A stretch of 64,000 nucleotides of DNA from Lingula anatina. Taxonomy: Eukaryota > Animalia > Brachiopoda. Below the pieces are notes generated by a model, which ran no database searches, was not told the DNA's origin, and saw nothing but the letters and a program-made list of their open reading frames with translations. The stretch is taken from positions 1,736,001-1,800,000 of the forward strand of contig CM120642.1 in assembly GCA_051362555.1 (NCBI GenBank). Direction: 5' to 3'. A program made the position numbers and the translations under genes. Of the stretch, positions 1 to 16,000 are shown piece by piece (the first letter of the stretch is position 1; each line of letters opens with the position of its first letter).

Positions 1-351
1 GACAGAGCCAAGGGAATCATTGTAGCACCAATGTGGCCCACACAAGCATGGTTTCCGAGACTGATGGAATTGTTGGTGGAAAAACCAGTCATAATACAGA
101 AAAAGAAGAATCTTTTAAGACTTCCTCACCTGCAGTTGAAACACCCTTTGGAAGGGAAATTAAGACTGATTGCTTGCAAAGTGTCAGGAATAGTTTCAGA
201 GAACGAGGATTTTCAGAGGACTCTACCAAAATACTTATGTTGTCTTGGAAAACAGGGACACAAAAACAATATAACACACACATTAACAGGTGGTTTCAGT
301 ACTGTAGTAAAAGGACGATTACTCCACTTTCGCCAACTTTGGAAGCAGTAA
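1..351 (+). CDS. C-terminal end of DIRS pol ORF (methyltransferase-like region), 5'-truncated by the window
   Basis: APMWPTQAWFPRLMELLV...HPL...LRLIACKVSG resembles the C-terminus of the DIRS methyltransferase domain. It overlaps the YR ORF in another frame, as is typical of DIRS. Confidence 0.7.
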   Translation, partial: DRAKGIIVAPMWPTQAWFPRLMELLVEKPVIIQKKKNLLRLPHLQLKHPLEGKLRLIACKVSGIVSENEDFQRTLPKYLCCLGKQGHKNNITHTLTGGFSTVVKGRLLHFRQLWKQ

Positions 352-1145
352 TCGAGTTTTTAACTGAACAATTTAATAAAGGTTTGGGTTATGAGAGTTT
401 GAACACTGCACGTGGAGCTCTCTCAGCTTTAGGAATAAACTTTGATGGATTCAGAATTGGAAATCACCCATTAATTATCAGATACATGAAGGGTGTGTTT
501 GCAGCCAGACCATCACAACCCAGATACACAGAGGTGTGGGATGTTGAAAGAGTATTGACATATTTGAGGAAACTTTCTCCTGTTAAGCATATAACTCTCA
601 AAGATTTGACATTAAAGCTCATGGCTCTGACTCAAGCTGCACGTACACAAACTTTGCAGTTGTTAAGTTTTCAAGGTTATAAAAAATTGAGAACTGAGTT
701 TTTGTTCAAGTTAGATGGTTCTTTAAAACAAAATAGGCCAGGTTATAATGTTGTTTCAGTATCTTTTAAGGCCTACCCTCCAGACAGGAGGCTTTGTGTG
801 TATACTGTATTGAAGGAATATTTGTTTCGCACAAAAGTCATGAGAAATGACAAGAACTGTGCACGTTTGTTAATAAGTTACATGAAACCACATCATAATG
901 TCGCAAGAGACACAGTAGCAAGATGGATAAAAACTGTTATGAGTAGAGCTGGTATAGACACTTATACATTTAGCTCTCACAGTGTTAGAGCTGCAGCTAC
1001 CTCTAAGGCAAAAGCCTCTGCAGTACCTATATCAGTCATTATTGACAAAGCTGGTTGGTCTAAGAAAAGTACTTTTGCGAAGTTCTATGACAAGCGCATT
1101 GTAAGTAATCAAGACAGATTCCAGGATGGAGTTCTGGGTAAATAA
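33..1145 (+). CDS. DIRS tyrosine recombinase (phage-integrase fold)
   Basis: 370-aa ORF with an N-terminal core-binding region (SWKTGTQKQY..., GLGYESLNTARGALS) and catalytic residues R (AARTQ), K (SLKQ), HxxR (HSVR), W (AGW) and Y (FAKFY). Confidence 0.9.
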   Translation: MAHTSMVSETDGIVGGKTSHNTEKEESFKTSSPAVETPFGREIKTDCLQSVRNSFRERGFSEDSTKILMLSWKTGTQKQYNTHINRWFQYCSKRTITPLSPTLEAVIEFLTEQFNKGLGYESLNTARGALSALGINFDGFRIGNHPLIIRYMKGVFAARPSQPRYTEVWDVERVLTYLRKLSPVKHITLKDLTLKLMALTQAARTQTLQLLSFQGYKKLRTEFLFKLDGSLKQNRPGYNVVSVSFKAYPPDRRLCVYTVLKEYLFRTKVMRNDKNCARLLISYMKPHHNVARDTVARWIKTVMSRAGIDTYTFSSHSVRAAATSKAKASAVPISVIIDKAGWSKKSTFAKFYDKRIVSNQDRFQDGVLGK

Positions 1146-1625
1146 AGAATCTTTTGAAATGAATGAAATGTTTGTCACATCAAGCTTTAAAGTCTCAGTT
1201 AAGACCAACGAAATTCTTCTTACGAAAAAGAATTTAAAAAATTAAACGAGACTTACCTTGGTTAAGTCGAAGTTTGATTTCAATTCTTTGAGTAAAGAAT
1301 TGAGGGAGGGCTTAACTGCCACCCTCCCACCCAACTTTGGGTTACAGCTCATTGCTTGTATTATAGAGGAAGAGAGCTGTGGGGAATTAATGTAATTAAT
1401 TCCATGTGGTTAATGTGACAAACACTTTGAAAAGTGCCCTGCGCGCGCAACCGGATCTCAGTTAAGCCCTCCCTCAATTCTTTACTCAAAGAATTGAAAT
1501 CAAACTTCGACTTAACCAAGGTAAGTCTCGTTTAATTTTTTAAATTTTGTCTAAAACTTGATCAAGACCCTTTGGTGGAAGGTCAACATATTGTGCTTCA
1601 TGAAAAAAAAATATAACATGTTTAG

Positions 1626-6202
<4,577 letters not shown>

Positions 6203-7560
6203 TAGAGATGAAAGTCTGACTTTTCTGGAAATCTGGATATTTGGGTGGTTTATTTATTCCACAAGACCCATCATATGGAGCTGCCCAACCCTCAGCACTT
6301 GTATTTTCAGGATTTTTAAAAAAAAGGGTCTGAGAAGGTAGAAGACTGGTGGCTGATTTTTTTTTATGATTCGACCAGGGATTGTATTAGCCCAAAGACT
6401 CTGGAAATAATTCTTTGAGGGGTTGAATGCAAGTTGTCCTTTTTTGATTGCAGCGAAGACACAGTGTTGTGCTGTGTGTGTCACCAAGAGGCCTCAGTCT
6501 CTTGCCTTGCAGAGGTTCATGTGGTCAAGTAAGGTAGAAGTGGTCAAGCGATTAGTGTGAAATTTCCGTGAATCCGATTGGCCAGGAGACTCATGTGACA
6601 TGTACTGAGTCAAACTCTTTGGATAATGATGTAAAATGTGAGCTGTTGTTAGGGCTCATGCTAAAAAAAAATAGGAAGGGTGTAGGTGCAGTACCACCAA
6701 GTTTTTTTTTTTCTTGATTTTCTTTCCTTGCTTTTTATCTTGTCATGTACTGACTGTAAATCTACACAACTGAAAAGAAAACAACCAGAAAAAAATGTCA
6801 ATGGGTAAATTCTGTCAGCTGTTTTTCATTGCCATGTCTAACTTACTCCTCTGCTATTCTTTCTCACCTTACTCTCCCACAAATCTTGGTTAATTCCCAT
6901 CAATATATCCCAGATTTATACATAACATTGTCTGTGGATTGAGGGTCGATTTTTTATTTATGTAAACATCAACTTTTCTTGGCATGCATACTTAAAGGAT
7001 AACAAAAAGTACTACTTATGTGCCGTTTGCTTTATATAATAAAAGGGAAGCTTTTTATGTATATTACTATGTACATATGGCAACTCCTTTAAGAATATGA
7101 ATGTTAAATTATGGAAGTCTGAGAAATATTTGCTCAAGCATTCTTATCCTTTTAGGCTGCTTTTGTATAAAATGTACTTAATGGTGTATGTATATGAGAT
7201 ATGTAATTTTTTGTTCACCAGCTGTGATGGTTTTGTATCAGTTCTTTTAATAGAACTGGATTTTTTGTTACATAATTATAAGTTAAACTTATTTTCATTT
7301 CTTCCTCTCAGTCGCGTCCGTCCTTTGTTTTCACATGTAGCATTATGGTTTTGTTAAGTAAATGTAAAGTTTTTGCTAGTTTCTTATGAAAATGAAGCAT
7401 TAAAAAAACTTATTTTTTCCAATGTAATTTAGATATTTTAATTTAACATGTTGATTATTTATTTGAATATCCTTTTTGGCCTAAAAAATTAGTATTTTCT
7501 CTAATAATTGGAATAGTACTGAAATGTGTTTTAAACCTGTACTTGGCTCTAAATGTAGGA

Positions 7561-7606
7561 AATAAAGTGTCACATGTTAACTGTAAACAAGGTGTAGTAC
7601 TTTATT
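7561..7606. promoter_or_regulatory. Convergent candidate polyadenylation signals (KIFAP3 on +, Roco on -)
   Basis: AATAAA at 7561-7566 (+) and TTTATT at 7601-7606 (AATAAA on -), between the two stop codons. Confidence 0.4.
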
Positions 7607-8808
7607 CAATTTACAACTTCAAAATCCATAGTGAAGCACTTTAAAGACATATAATTTCACACATTTTATTGACATTATCTAAAAACTTTAATTGCATCTT
7701 ATACATGCTAAATTTATACCTTAGGGTACACTGTGTAAGAATATCGCACATTAATTTCTTTCTTGTTGCACATTGTGTCAGCAGCTGGTGCTGGTGATCT
7801 AGCAATACACATAATCTGGAAGTAAACAGACTGGCTAAAATTGCTTAAAAAATGCTTTGATAAATACAGTAAAGAATATTCTAATTTTATATATAAACAA
7901 AAGAACAACAGATAATAATTACTTGATCGCAGCGGTAGTTGAATTTGAACTTCTGTCTTACGTAAGACAATTGAGTAGGAGATATGGACTACGAACACAT
8001 TTCATCTGTCAAGAAAAAAGAAAATATATGTGCAAAAACAAATTTCTCGAAGGGTTATATAGTAATTGAATCCAATTCTAATCATTACAGAAAAAACGAG
8101 TGCCTTATCATTTTTTAAAATCTTAATATGAATTAAATATTATCAACAACCATTATAGGATTTTCCTTCAAATAAAAAAAAAAAAAACTTATGCTGTTTA
8201 CTTGGATTAATACAGCTTTGATATTCAAGCTAGTTTTGATACATACAATTAGTCCAAGTGATCAGTTGGCTAAAAAGTTATAAGATGCTGGCTGTATCTT
8301 ATACCAGAAGCTTTGGTAAAGATCCCAACAACTGGTGTGCTTAAGATGATCAAAGACATAAAATCAGAAGTTTAAATTCTTCCAGATAATATGTACAAAG
8401 TGGCTGTCTTGAATGGTTCCTTTTGGATAAGCCAGAGAGAAAAATCTTGACATTTATTTTGACATGTAGTTATACTGATGATATAATTAATGTGATAAAT
8501 CTGTGTAAAAAAAGCTTTTTCCATTTGATTGTCTGGCTCATTTTTCTCAGAGATATATCCTAAGAAAGATACAAAACAACTATTGTCCGTATAGTGTTTG
8601 AGTTCATCTCAAATCCTAATCACAGTGATTTTACTCTGACAAATGACTTTGTTCATAAAGAGTCATATATGTCTTTCTCTGAAAGATATTCATATCACAT
8701 TAAATTGGACATCCGTTAGTTTGGCATATGTCATCCCTGTAGTTTATCACACACCAGTCAAGTTTCTGTTATTCATCATATATGTAACTGGATATCTACT
8801 GTAGTAGT

Positions 8809-8992
8809 GGGTCACAGTCACCAGACAGTAATGATACAGTAACAAGACATGTTACCAATGTTGTCAGCATCATTGGGTCACAGTCACCAGGCAGTAATGA
8901 TACAGTAACAAGACATGTTACCAATGTTGTCAGCATCATTGGGTCACAGTCACCAGACAGTAATGATACAGTAACAAGACACGTTACCAATG
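8809..8992. repeat. 66-bp minisatellite, about 2.8 copies, downstream of the Roco stop codon
   Basis: gggtcacagtcaccag... starts at 8809, 8875 and 8941. Confidence 0.9.
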
Positions 8993-9310
8993 GTGCACAG
9001 TGTCCACATGGTCTTCCTCATATAACAATAGGACTCATGACCTGGAAAGGGAAAACAAGAAAGATTTGCAGTAAGGTAATAATACTGAAATCGTTTCTCT
9101 TCTTTTATGTTGCCTTTTATATCTGAAAGCATGATATGAAAGCAATGGGAACTCTTGAATATACTACCTATTCAGTTTTATTTCCTTTAAAGAAATGTAC
9201 CTTTTAGGAATCAAAAAGTGTTACAACATCAGATAGCCTCCATCTGTAATCCATGAGCACTGTATTAAAACATATATACCCTCTCTTTTCATTTACAGGG
9301 AAACAATTCA

Positions 9311-9651
9311 TCACCTTTTTAGTGCCTCTTCTAGGAACCCCTGTCCATTCTTCTCCAGGCATCTACATAGATACTGGAATGCTCTCTCCTCTTTGGTTAG
9401 CAGTATGTTGAGCAGAGATCTTGTCTGTTCAGGAGACACCTCACTGGCTGCTGCTGAGGCCCCCTCAGCTTCCTCTGTGTCCCCAATAGATGGCTTAGAA
9501 CGTACATACTCCTTCTCTCTGTCAGTGATGACCCCTTCTTGTATCAGCATGTCCAGCAGGTAACTCAGGCATGGCGTGGTAATGTTGTGGACCAGCAGCT
9601 CCATGTGCTGTTTCAGGGCACGCTTTTGGTGAGGTTTCATGGCTGTTAAAC
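9311..9651 (-). CDS. Last coding exon of the Roco gene: CARD (death-fold) domain
   Basis: Acceptor cag at 9654-9652 joins in phase to the donor after 10096 (G|GT). Translation MKPHQKRALKQHMELLVHNI...LLDMLIQEGVITDREKEYVRSKP...QTRSLLNILLTKEERAFQYLCRCLEKNGQGFLEEAL follows the CARD helix pattern. Confidence 0.85.
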
Positions 9652-10095
9652 CTGTGAAGATGAAACAGATAAAGACAATAAAATCTAGTTCACTATGTTG
9701 AATCAAAACATCTACTTGAGAGTTGGGTTTTCTTGCTAATTATGTTTTCCATCTGCATATATCTGAAAAGGGAGATGCCACCTTAGACGAAGATTGAAGA
9801 TTGGGCTTTTTCTCTCTGTGTTTTGAATTTTGGAAATGTAATTTGAAATATATGTGAGAAACAAGGCACATTTTAACAATGAAACTATTTTTTCCATCTG
9901 CACATATGTTAAAAAGGAAGATGCCATCTTAGACATCGACTTCTGAAATAGAACTTTTATCATTAATATGTCATAATATATATCTATTTTTAAAGTAGGT
10001 GCTTGCTAGTGCAGTTGACACCATAACTTAGGCTGGGATAACATAACACACTGGTAGGTTGGGATAATAGTAAATAATGTGACAAATATTCTTAC

Positions 10096-13000
10096 CTGGC
10101 ATATTGGGATATACTAAGTTGGCTGGTATCATTTCTCCAGTTTTCCAACATGGCACCAATTTAACAGTCATGGCTGGGGGCTGGTCAATCACTTCACCAG
10201 GGAACAGGGTTGGGGTCTCTACATCTAGACTTGTACAGTGAGGACACACCAGGTACTTGTCACATGGTAAGCCAGGCCAATCTTCCTCCAGGATGTCCAT
10301 AAGGTGGTCATGGTTTTGGAGCAGTGTTCTCCACAGGTCTGGGAGATGTTGACCTCGGACAGCAATGGTGATCATCCAGTCTCTGTCCATCTGGCATCGG
10401 GTCATTTGCATGCGACATGAAGTCATGTCCACAAATACCCCATCTCTCCAGTCTCTCCTCATAGGCTTATAGGGCCCAAGGGTAGAATGAAGGCGCACAG
10501 ATAATTTCTCATATAGCCCATCAGGACAACGGTATGGGAAATACACATTCAGGGTAAGCTGTATAGTGTCCGCAGGTATGGACTTTGGCCACTCAGTGTC
10601 CATGGTTGATGGGCAGCCGAGTTCAAGCAACCATGGAAAGTGAAATGTGGCGCCATCTTTGCCCTTATTCACCTTGAAGCATAACTCTAGCCTCTGCATG
10701 AGCACCACCATTGCACTGGCTTCCCTGTCTGTCAGACCAAATGGTTTCCACATGGCCTCCATCACCTGCTCAGAGACAATCCCTCTCCTGCTGAAATCTC
10801 GGCTTATTCTCTCTGCCATGGGTTTACTGACAAACATGTGTCCTAGAACTTCTTTGAATTCATCCTTATTGTGGTTGAGCACTGCCTTCAGGAGATCAGC
10901 TAGAACTTCCTGCCTGTGGAAGATGGTGTTTCTTAGAATCGGATTGTTTGGATACCAGATGATGTCACCTCTGCTGACAAGGAAGGCAAGGATATCATTT
11001 GCAATGTCATCAGTCCCTCGACGTAGCTTGCTCCATAAGTATAGTGCATTATTCCATACACCCTCTACAGAGTTTTCCATGTCCTGCTTCACAGTGTCCC
11101 AATCAAGTGTGTTTTCAGTTTTCTTTTCCCTTCTGGAGTAGATGGTCTTTACTGCCTCATGCCAGGTCTCGGGGAGGGTAACACTACTTTCCTTTGCTTG
11201 GGTAGCAAGGTAATCTGTAAGGGCTTCAAAACCTGCTTGGGTTTTGGAACTCACCATGAAAATGTGAGGATGGATTCTTGATTCATCATATCCTCGTGTA
11301 TTGTTCAGTGATTTTATCTTCTTTTTATATGCCCTAAGGAGGACTTCTGTTTTGTCTTTCTGTAAGGCTTGTATTCTTACTTTGAGATCTCTAGTTTGCA
11401 TATGGTACCACTCTTGCCTTTTTCTTCTTTTATCTGCAATTGATTGATGTATCAATGCACAGACATTTTCTCCAGTTGCCTCATCAAGTTTATCAACATG
11501 TGTACCAACCAAGGCAATTTTCACATCTGGATTGTGGGAATGCACCATGTCTATCCAGATTCCAATATGTTTTCTGAAATGTGATCTGCTGTGGGGATCA
11601 TAGCTCGACAGGTCAAAGATGACAAGAACTATACTGTTCTGTGAGATGAATATACGGTGTCCAACTCTGTACACTTCGTGACCTCCAAAGTCATTGATGT
11701 TAAAACTGATGTCCCCTTCAATTTCCCACTGAAACTGCTCCACAACTCTAGTTCTATCTGCCATCTCAGTCAACATAGGTATCCTGTGTCTCAGGGAGCG
11801 TGCTAAACTGCTTTTCCCACTTTCTGTCTCACCCAGGAAGTTTAACTGCAATCTGCAAGACTGGACTGCTTTTGATTCCCTGAGTTCTGTTAAATATCTC
11901 AATATTGCATGTTTTCCCTTCTTACACACAGAGTAAGGAGGTTGCTGAATGGGGTTATCATTCACATTTAGGCATTTCAAAAGTGGCAGCGAAGAAAGCT
12001 GATGGGGTAAACATGTGATTTCATTATTGGAAAGGTCTAAACTCTTCAGTGTGGTCATCTTGCTGATATCAGGAGGGAGACTGGATAGCACGTTATACCC
12101 TAGGTTCAGGTTCTCTATATGTGGTAGAGCACACACTGAGGCTGGGAGATCTGTGAACTTATTCCCACTGAGTTCTAAACTCTTCAGTGTGGTCATCTTG
12201 CTGACATCAGTAGGGAGACTGGATAGCTTGTTGTGATGTAGGTACAGATTCTCTAAATGTGGTAGAGCACACATTGAGGCTGGGAACTCTGTGAACTGAT
12301 TATGCCTCAGGTCCAAACTCTTCAGCGCAGTAAGCTTACCAATATCAGGAGGAGGACTGGAAAGCTTGTTGTGCTGTAGGTTCAGGTTCTCTATATGTGG
12401 TAGAGCACACATTGAGGCTGTGAGCTCTGTGAACTGATTCCCACTGAGGTCTAAAATCTTCAGTGTGGTCATCTTGTTGATATCAGGAGGGAGACTGGAT
12501 AGCTTGTTATTCTGTAGGTCAAGGTTCTCTATATGCGGTAGAGCACATACTGAGGCTGGGAGCTCTGTAAACTGATTTTCACTGAGGTCTAAACTCTTCA
12601 GTGTGGTCATCTTGTTGATATCAGGAGGGAGACTGGATAGCTTGTTACACCTTAGTTTCAGGTTCTCTATATGTGGTAGAGCACACACTGAGGCTGGGAG
12701 CTCTGTGAACTGATTCCCACTGAGGTCTAAACTCTTCAGTGTGGTCATCTTGCTGATATCAGGAGGGAGACTGGATAGCTTGTTACACCTTAGTTTCAGT
12801 TTCTGTATATGTGGTAGAGCACACACTGAGGCTGGGAGCTCTGTGAACTGATTCCCACTGAGGTTAAAACTCTTTAGTGTTGTCATCTTGCTGACATCAG
12901 TTGGGAGACTGAATAGCTTGTTACTATGTAGGTCAAGGTTCTCTGTATGTGTTAGAACACACACTGAGGCTGGGAGCTCTGTAAACTGATTCTCACTGAG

Positions 13001-16000
13001 GTCAAAACTCTTCAGTGTGGTCATCTTGCTGACATCAGTAGGGAGACTGGATAGCTTGTTATACCCTAGGTTCAGGTTCTCTATATGTGGTAGATCACAC
13101 ATCGACGCTGGGAGCTCTGTAAACTGATTCTCACTGAGGTCTAAACTCTTCAGTGTGGTCATCTTGTTGATATCAGGAGGGAGACTGGATAGCTTGTTTT
13201 TGTGGAGGTCAAGGTTTTCTATATGTGGTAGAGCACATACTGAGGCTGGGAGCTCTGTAAACTGATTCTCTCTGAGGTCTAAACTCTTCAGTGTGGTCAT
13301 CTTGCTGATATCAGGAGGGAGACTGGATAGCACGTTATACCCTAGGTTCAGGTTCTCTATATGTGGTAGAGCACATATTGAGGCTGGGAGCTCTGTGATC
13401 TGATTCCCACTGAGGTCTAAACTCTTCAGTGTGGTCATCTTGCTGATATCAGGAGGGAGACTGGATAGCACGTTATACCCTAGGTTCAGGTTCTCTATAT
13501 GTGGTAGAGCACATATTGAGGCTGGGAGCTCTGTGATCTGATTCTCACTGAGGTCTAAACTCTTCAGCGTGGTCATCTTGCTGATATCAGGAGGGAGACT
13601 GGATAACACGTTATATCTTAGGTTCAGGTTCTCTATATGTGGTAGAGCACACACTGAGGCTGGGAGCTCTGTGAACTGATTCTCACTGAGGTCTAAACTC
13701 TTCAGTGTGGTCATCTTGCTGACATCAGTAGGGAGACTGGATAGCTTGTTATTCTGTAGGTCAAGGTTCTCTATATGCGGTAGAGCACATACTGAGGCTG
13801 GGAGCTCTGTAAACTGATTCTCACTGAGGTCTAAACTCTTCAGTGTGGTCATCTTGCTGATATCAGGAGGGAGACTGGATAGCACGTTATACCCTAGGTT
13901 CAGGTTCTCTATATGTGGTAGAGCACATATTGAGGCTGGGAGCTCTGTGATCTGATTCTCACTGAGGTCTAAACTCTTCAGCGTGGTCATCTTGCTGATA
14001 TCAGGAGGGAGACTGGATAGCACGTTATACCCTAGGTTCAGGTTCTCTATATGTGGTAGAGCACATATTGAGGCTGGGAGCTCTGTGATCTGATTCTCAC
14101 TGAGGTCTAAACTCTTCAGCGTGGTCATCTTGCTGATATCAGGAGGGAGACTGGATAACACGTTATATCCTAGGTTCAGGTTCTCTATATGTGGTAGAGC
14201 ACACACTGAGGCTGGGAGCTCTGTGAACTGATTCTCACTGAGGTCTAAACTCTTCAGTGTGGTCATCTTGCTGACATCAGTAGGGAGACTGGATAGCTTG
14301 TTATTCTGTAGGTCAAGGTTCTCTATATGCGGTAGAGCACATACTGAGGCTGGGAGCTCTGTAAACTGATTCCCACTGAGGTTTACACTCATCAGTGTGG
14401 TCATCTTGCTGACATCAGTAGGGAGACTGGATAGCATGTTATACCCTAGGTTCAGGTTCTCTATATGTGGTAGATCACACATCAATGCTGGGAGCTCTGT
14501 AAACAGATTCTCACTGAGGTCTAAACTCTTCAGTGTGGTCATCTTGCTGACATCAGGAGGGAGACTGGATAGCAAGTTATACCCTAGGTTCAAGTTCACT
14601 ATATGTGGTAGAGCACACACTGAGGCTGGGAGATCTGTGATCTGATTCCCACTGAGGTCTAAACTCTTCAGTGTTGTCATCTTGCTGACATCAGTAGGGA
14701 GAATGGATAGCTTGTTATTCTGTAGGTCAAGTTTCTCTATATGTGGTAGAGCACACACTGAAGATGGGAGCTCTGTGAACTGATTCCCCAAAAGGTATAA
14801 ACTCTTTAGTGCTGTCATCTTGCTGACATCAGTAGGGAGACTGAATAGCTTGTTATTCTGTAGGCCAAGGTTTTGTATATGTGGTAGAGCACACACTGAG
14901 GCTGGGAGCTCTGTGAACTGATTCCCACTGAGGTCTAAACTCTTCAGTGTGGTCATCTTGCTGATATCAGGAGGGAGACTGGATAGCACGTTATACCCTA
15001 GGTTCAGGTTCTCTATATGTGGTAGAGCACACACTGAGGCTGGGAGCTCTGTGAACTGATTCTCACTGAGGTCTAAACTCATCAGTGTGGTCATCTTGTT
15101 GATATCAGGAGGGAGACTGGATAGCATGTTATATCCTAGGTTCAGGTTCTGTATATGTGGTAGAGCACACACTGAGGCTGGGAGATCTGTGAACTTATTC
15201 CCACTGAGGTCTAACCTCTTCAGTGTGGTCATCTTGCTGACATCAGGAGGGAGACTGGATAGCACGTTATACCCTAGGTTCAGGTTCTGTATATGTGGTA
15301 GAGCACACACTGAGGCTGGGAGCTCTGTGAACTGATTCTCACTGAGGTCTAAACTCTTCAGTGTGGTCATCTTGCTGATATCAGGAGGGAGACTGGATAG
15401 CTTGTTATTATGTAGGCCCAGGTTCTCTATATGTGGTAGACTACACACTGAGGCTGGGAGCTCTGTGAACTGATTCCCCAAAAGGTATAAACTCTTTAGT
15501 GTTGTCATCTTGCTGACATCAGTAGGGAGACTGAATAGCTTGTTATTCTGTAGGCCAAGGTTTTGTATATGTGGTAGAGCACACACTGAGGCTGGGAGCT
15601 CTGTGAACTGATTCCCACTGAGGTTAAAACTCTTCAGTGTGGTCATCTTGCAGATATCAGGAGGGAGACTGGATAGCACGTTATACCCTAGGTTCAGGTT
15701 CTCTATATGTGGTAGAGCACATATTGAGGCTGGGAGCTCTGTAAACTGATTCTCACTGAGGTCTAAACTCTTCAGTGTGGTCATCTTGTTGATATCAGGA
15801 GGGAGACTGGATAGCTTGTTATACCCTAGGTTCAGGTTCTCTATATGTGGTAGAGCACATATTGAGGCTGGGAGCTCTGTAAACTGATTCTCACTGAGGT
15901 CTAAACTCTTCAGTGTGGTCATCTTGCTGATATCAGTAGGGAGACTGGATAGCACGTTATACCCTAGGTTCAGGTTCTCTATATGTGGTAGAGCACACAC

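Larger units (their letters stand above)
1..1546 (+). mobile_element. 3' part of a DIRS1-like (tyrosine recombinase) retrotransposon in an intron of KIFAP3
   Basis: Overlapping pol-tail and YR ORFs are followed by an 88-bp perfect inverted repeat (1231-1318 / 1459-1546), matching the ICR plus right terminus layout of DIRS1. The element ends in a T-run and host intron sequence follows. Confidence 0.9.

Noticed and set aside
33-1145. Phage integrase suggesting bacterial contamination or a prophage
   Set aside because: The overlapping pol tail, the ICR/ITR structure and the position in a spliceosomal intron identify it as a DIRS retrotransposon.
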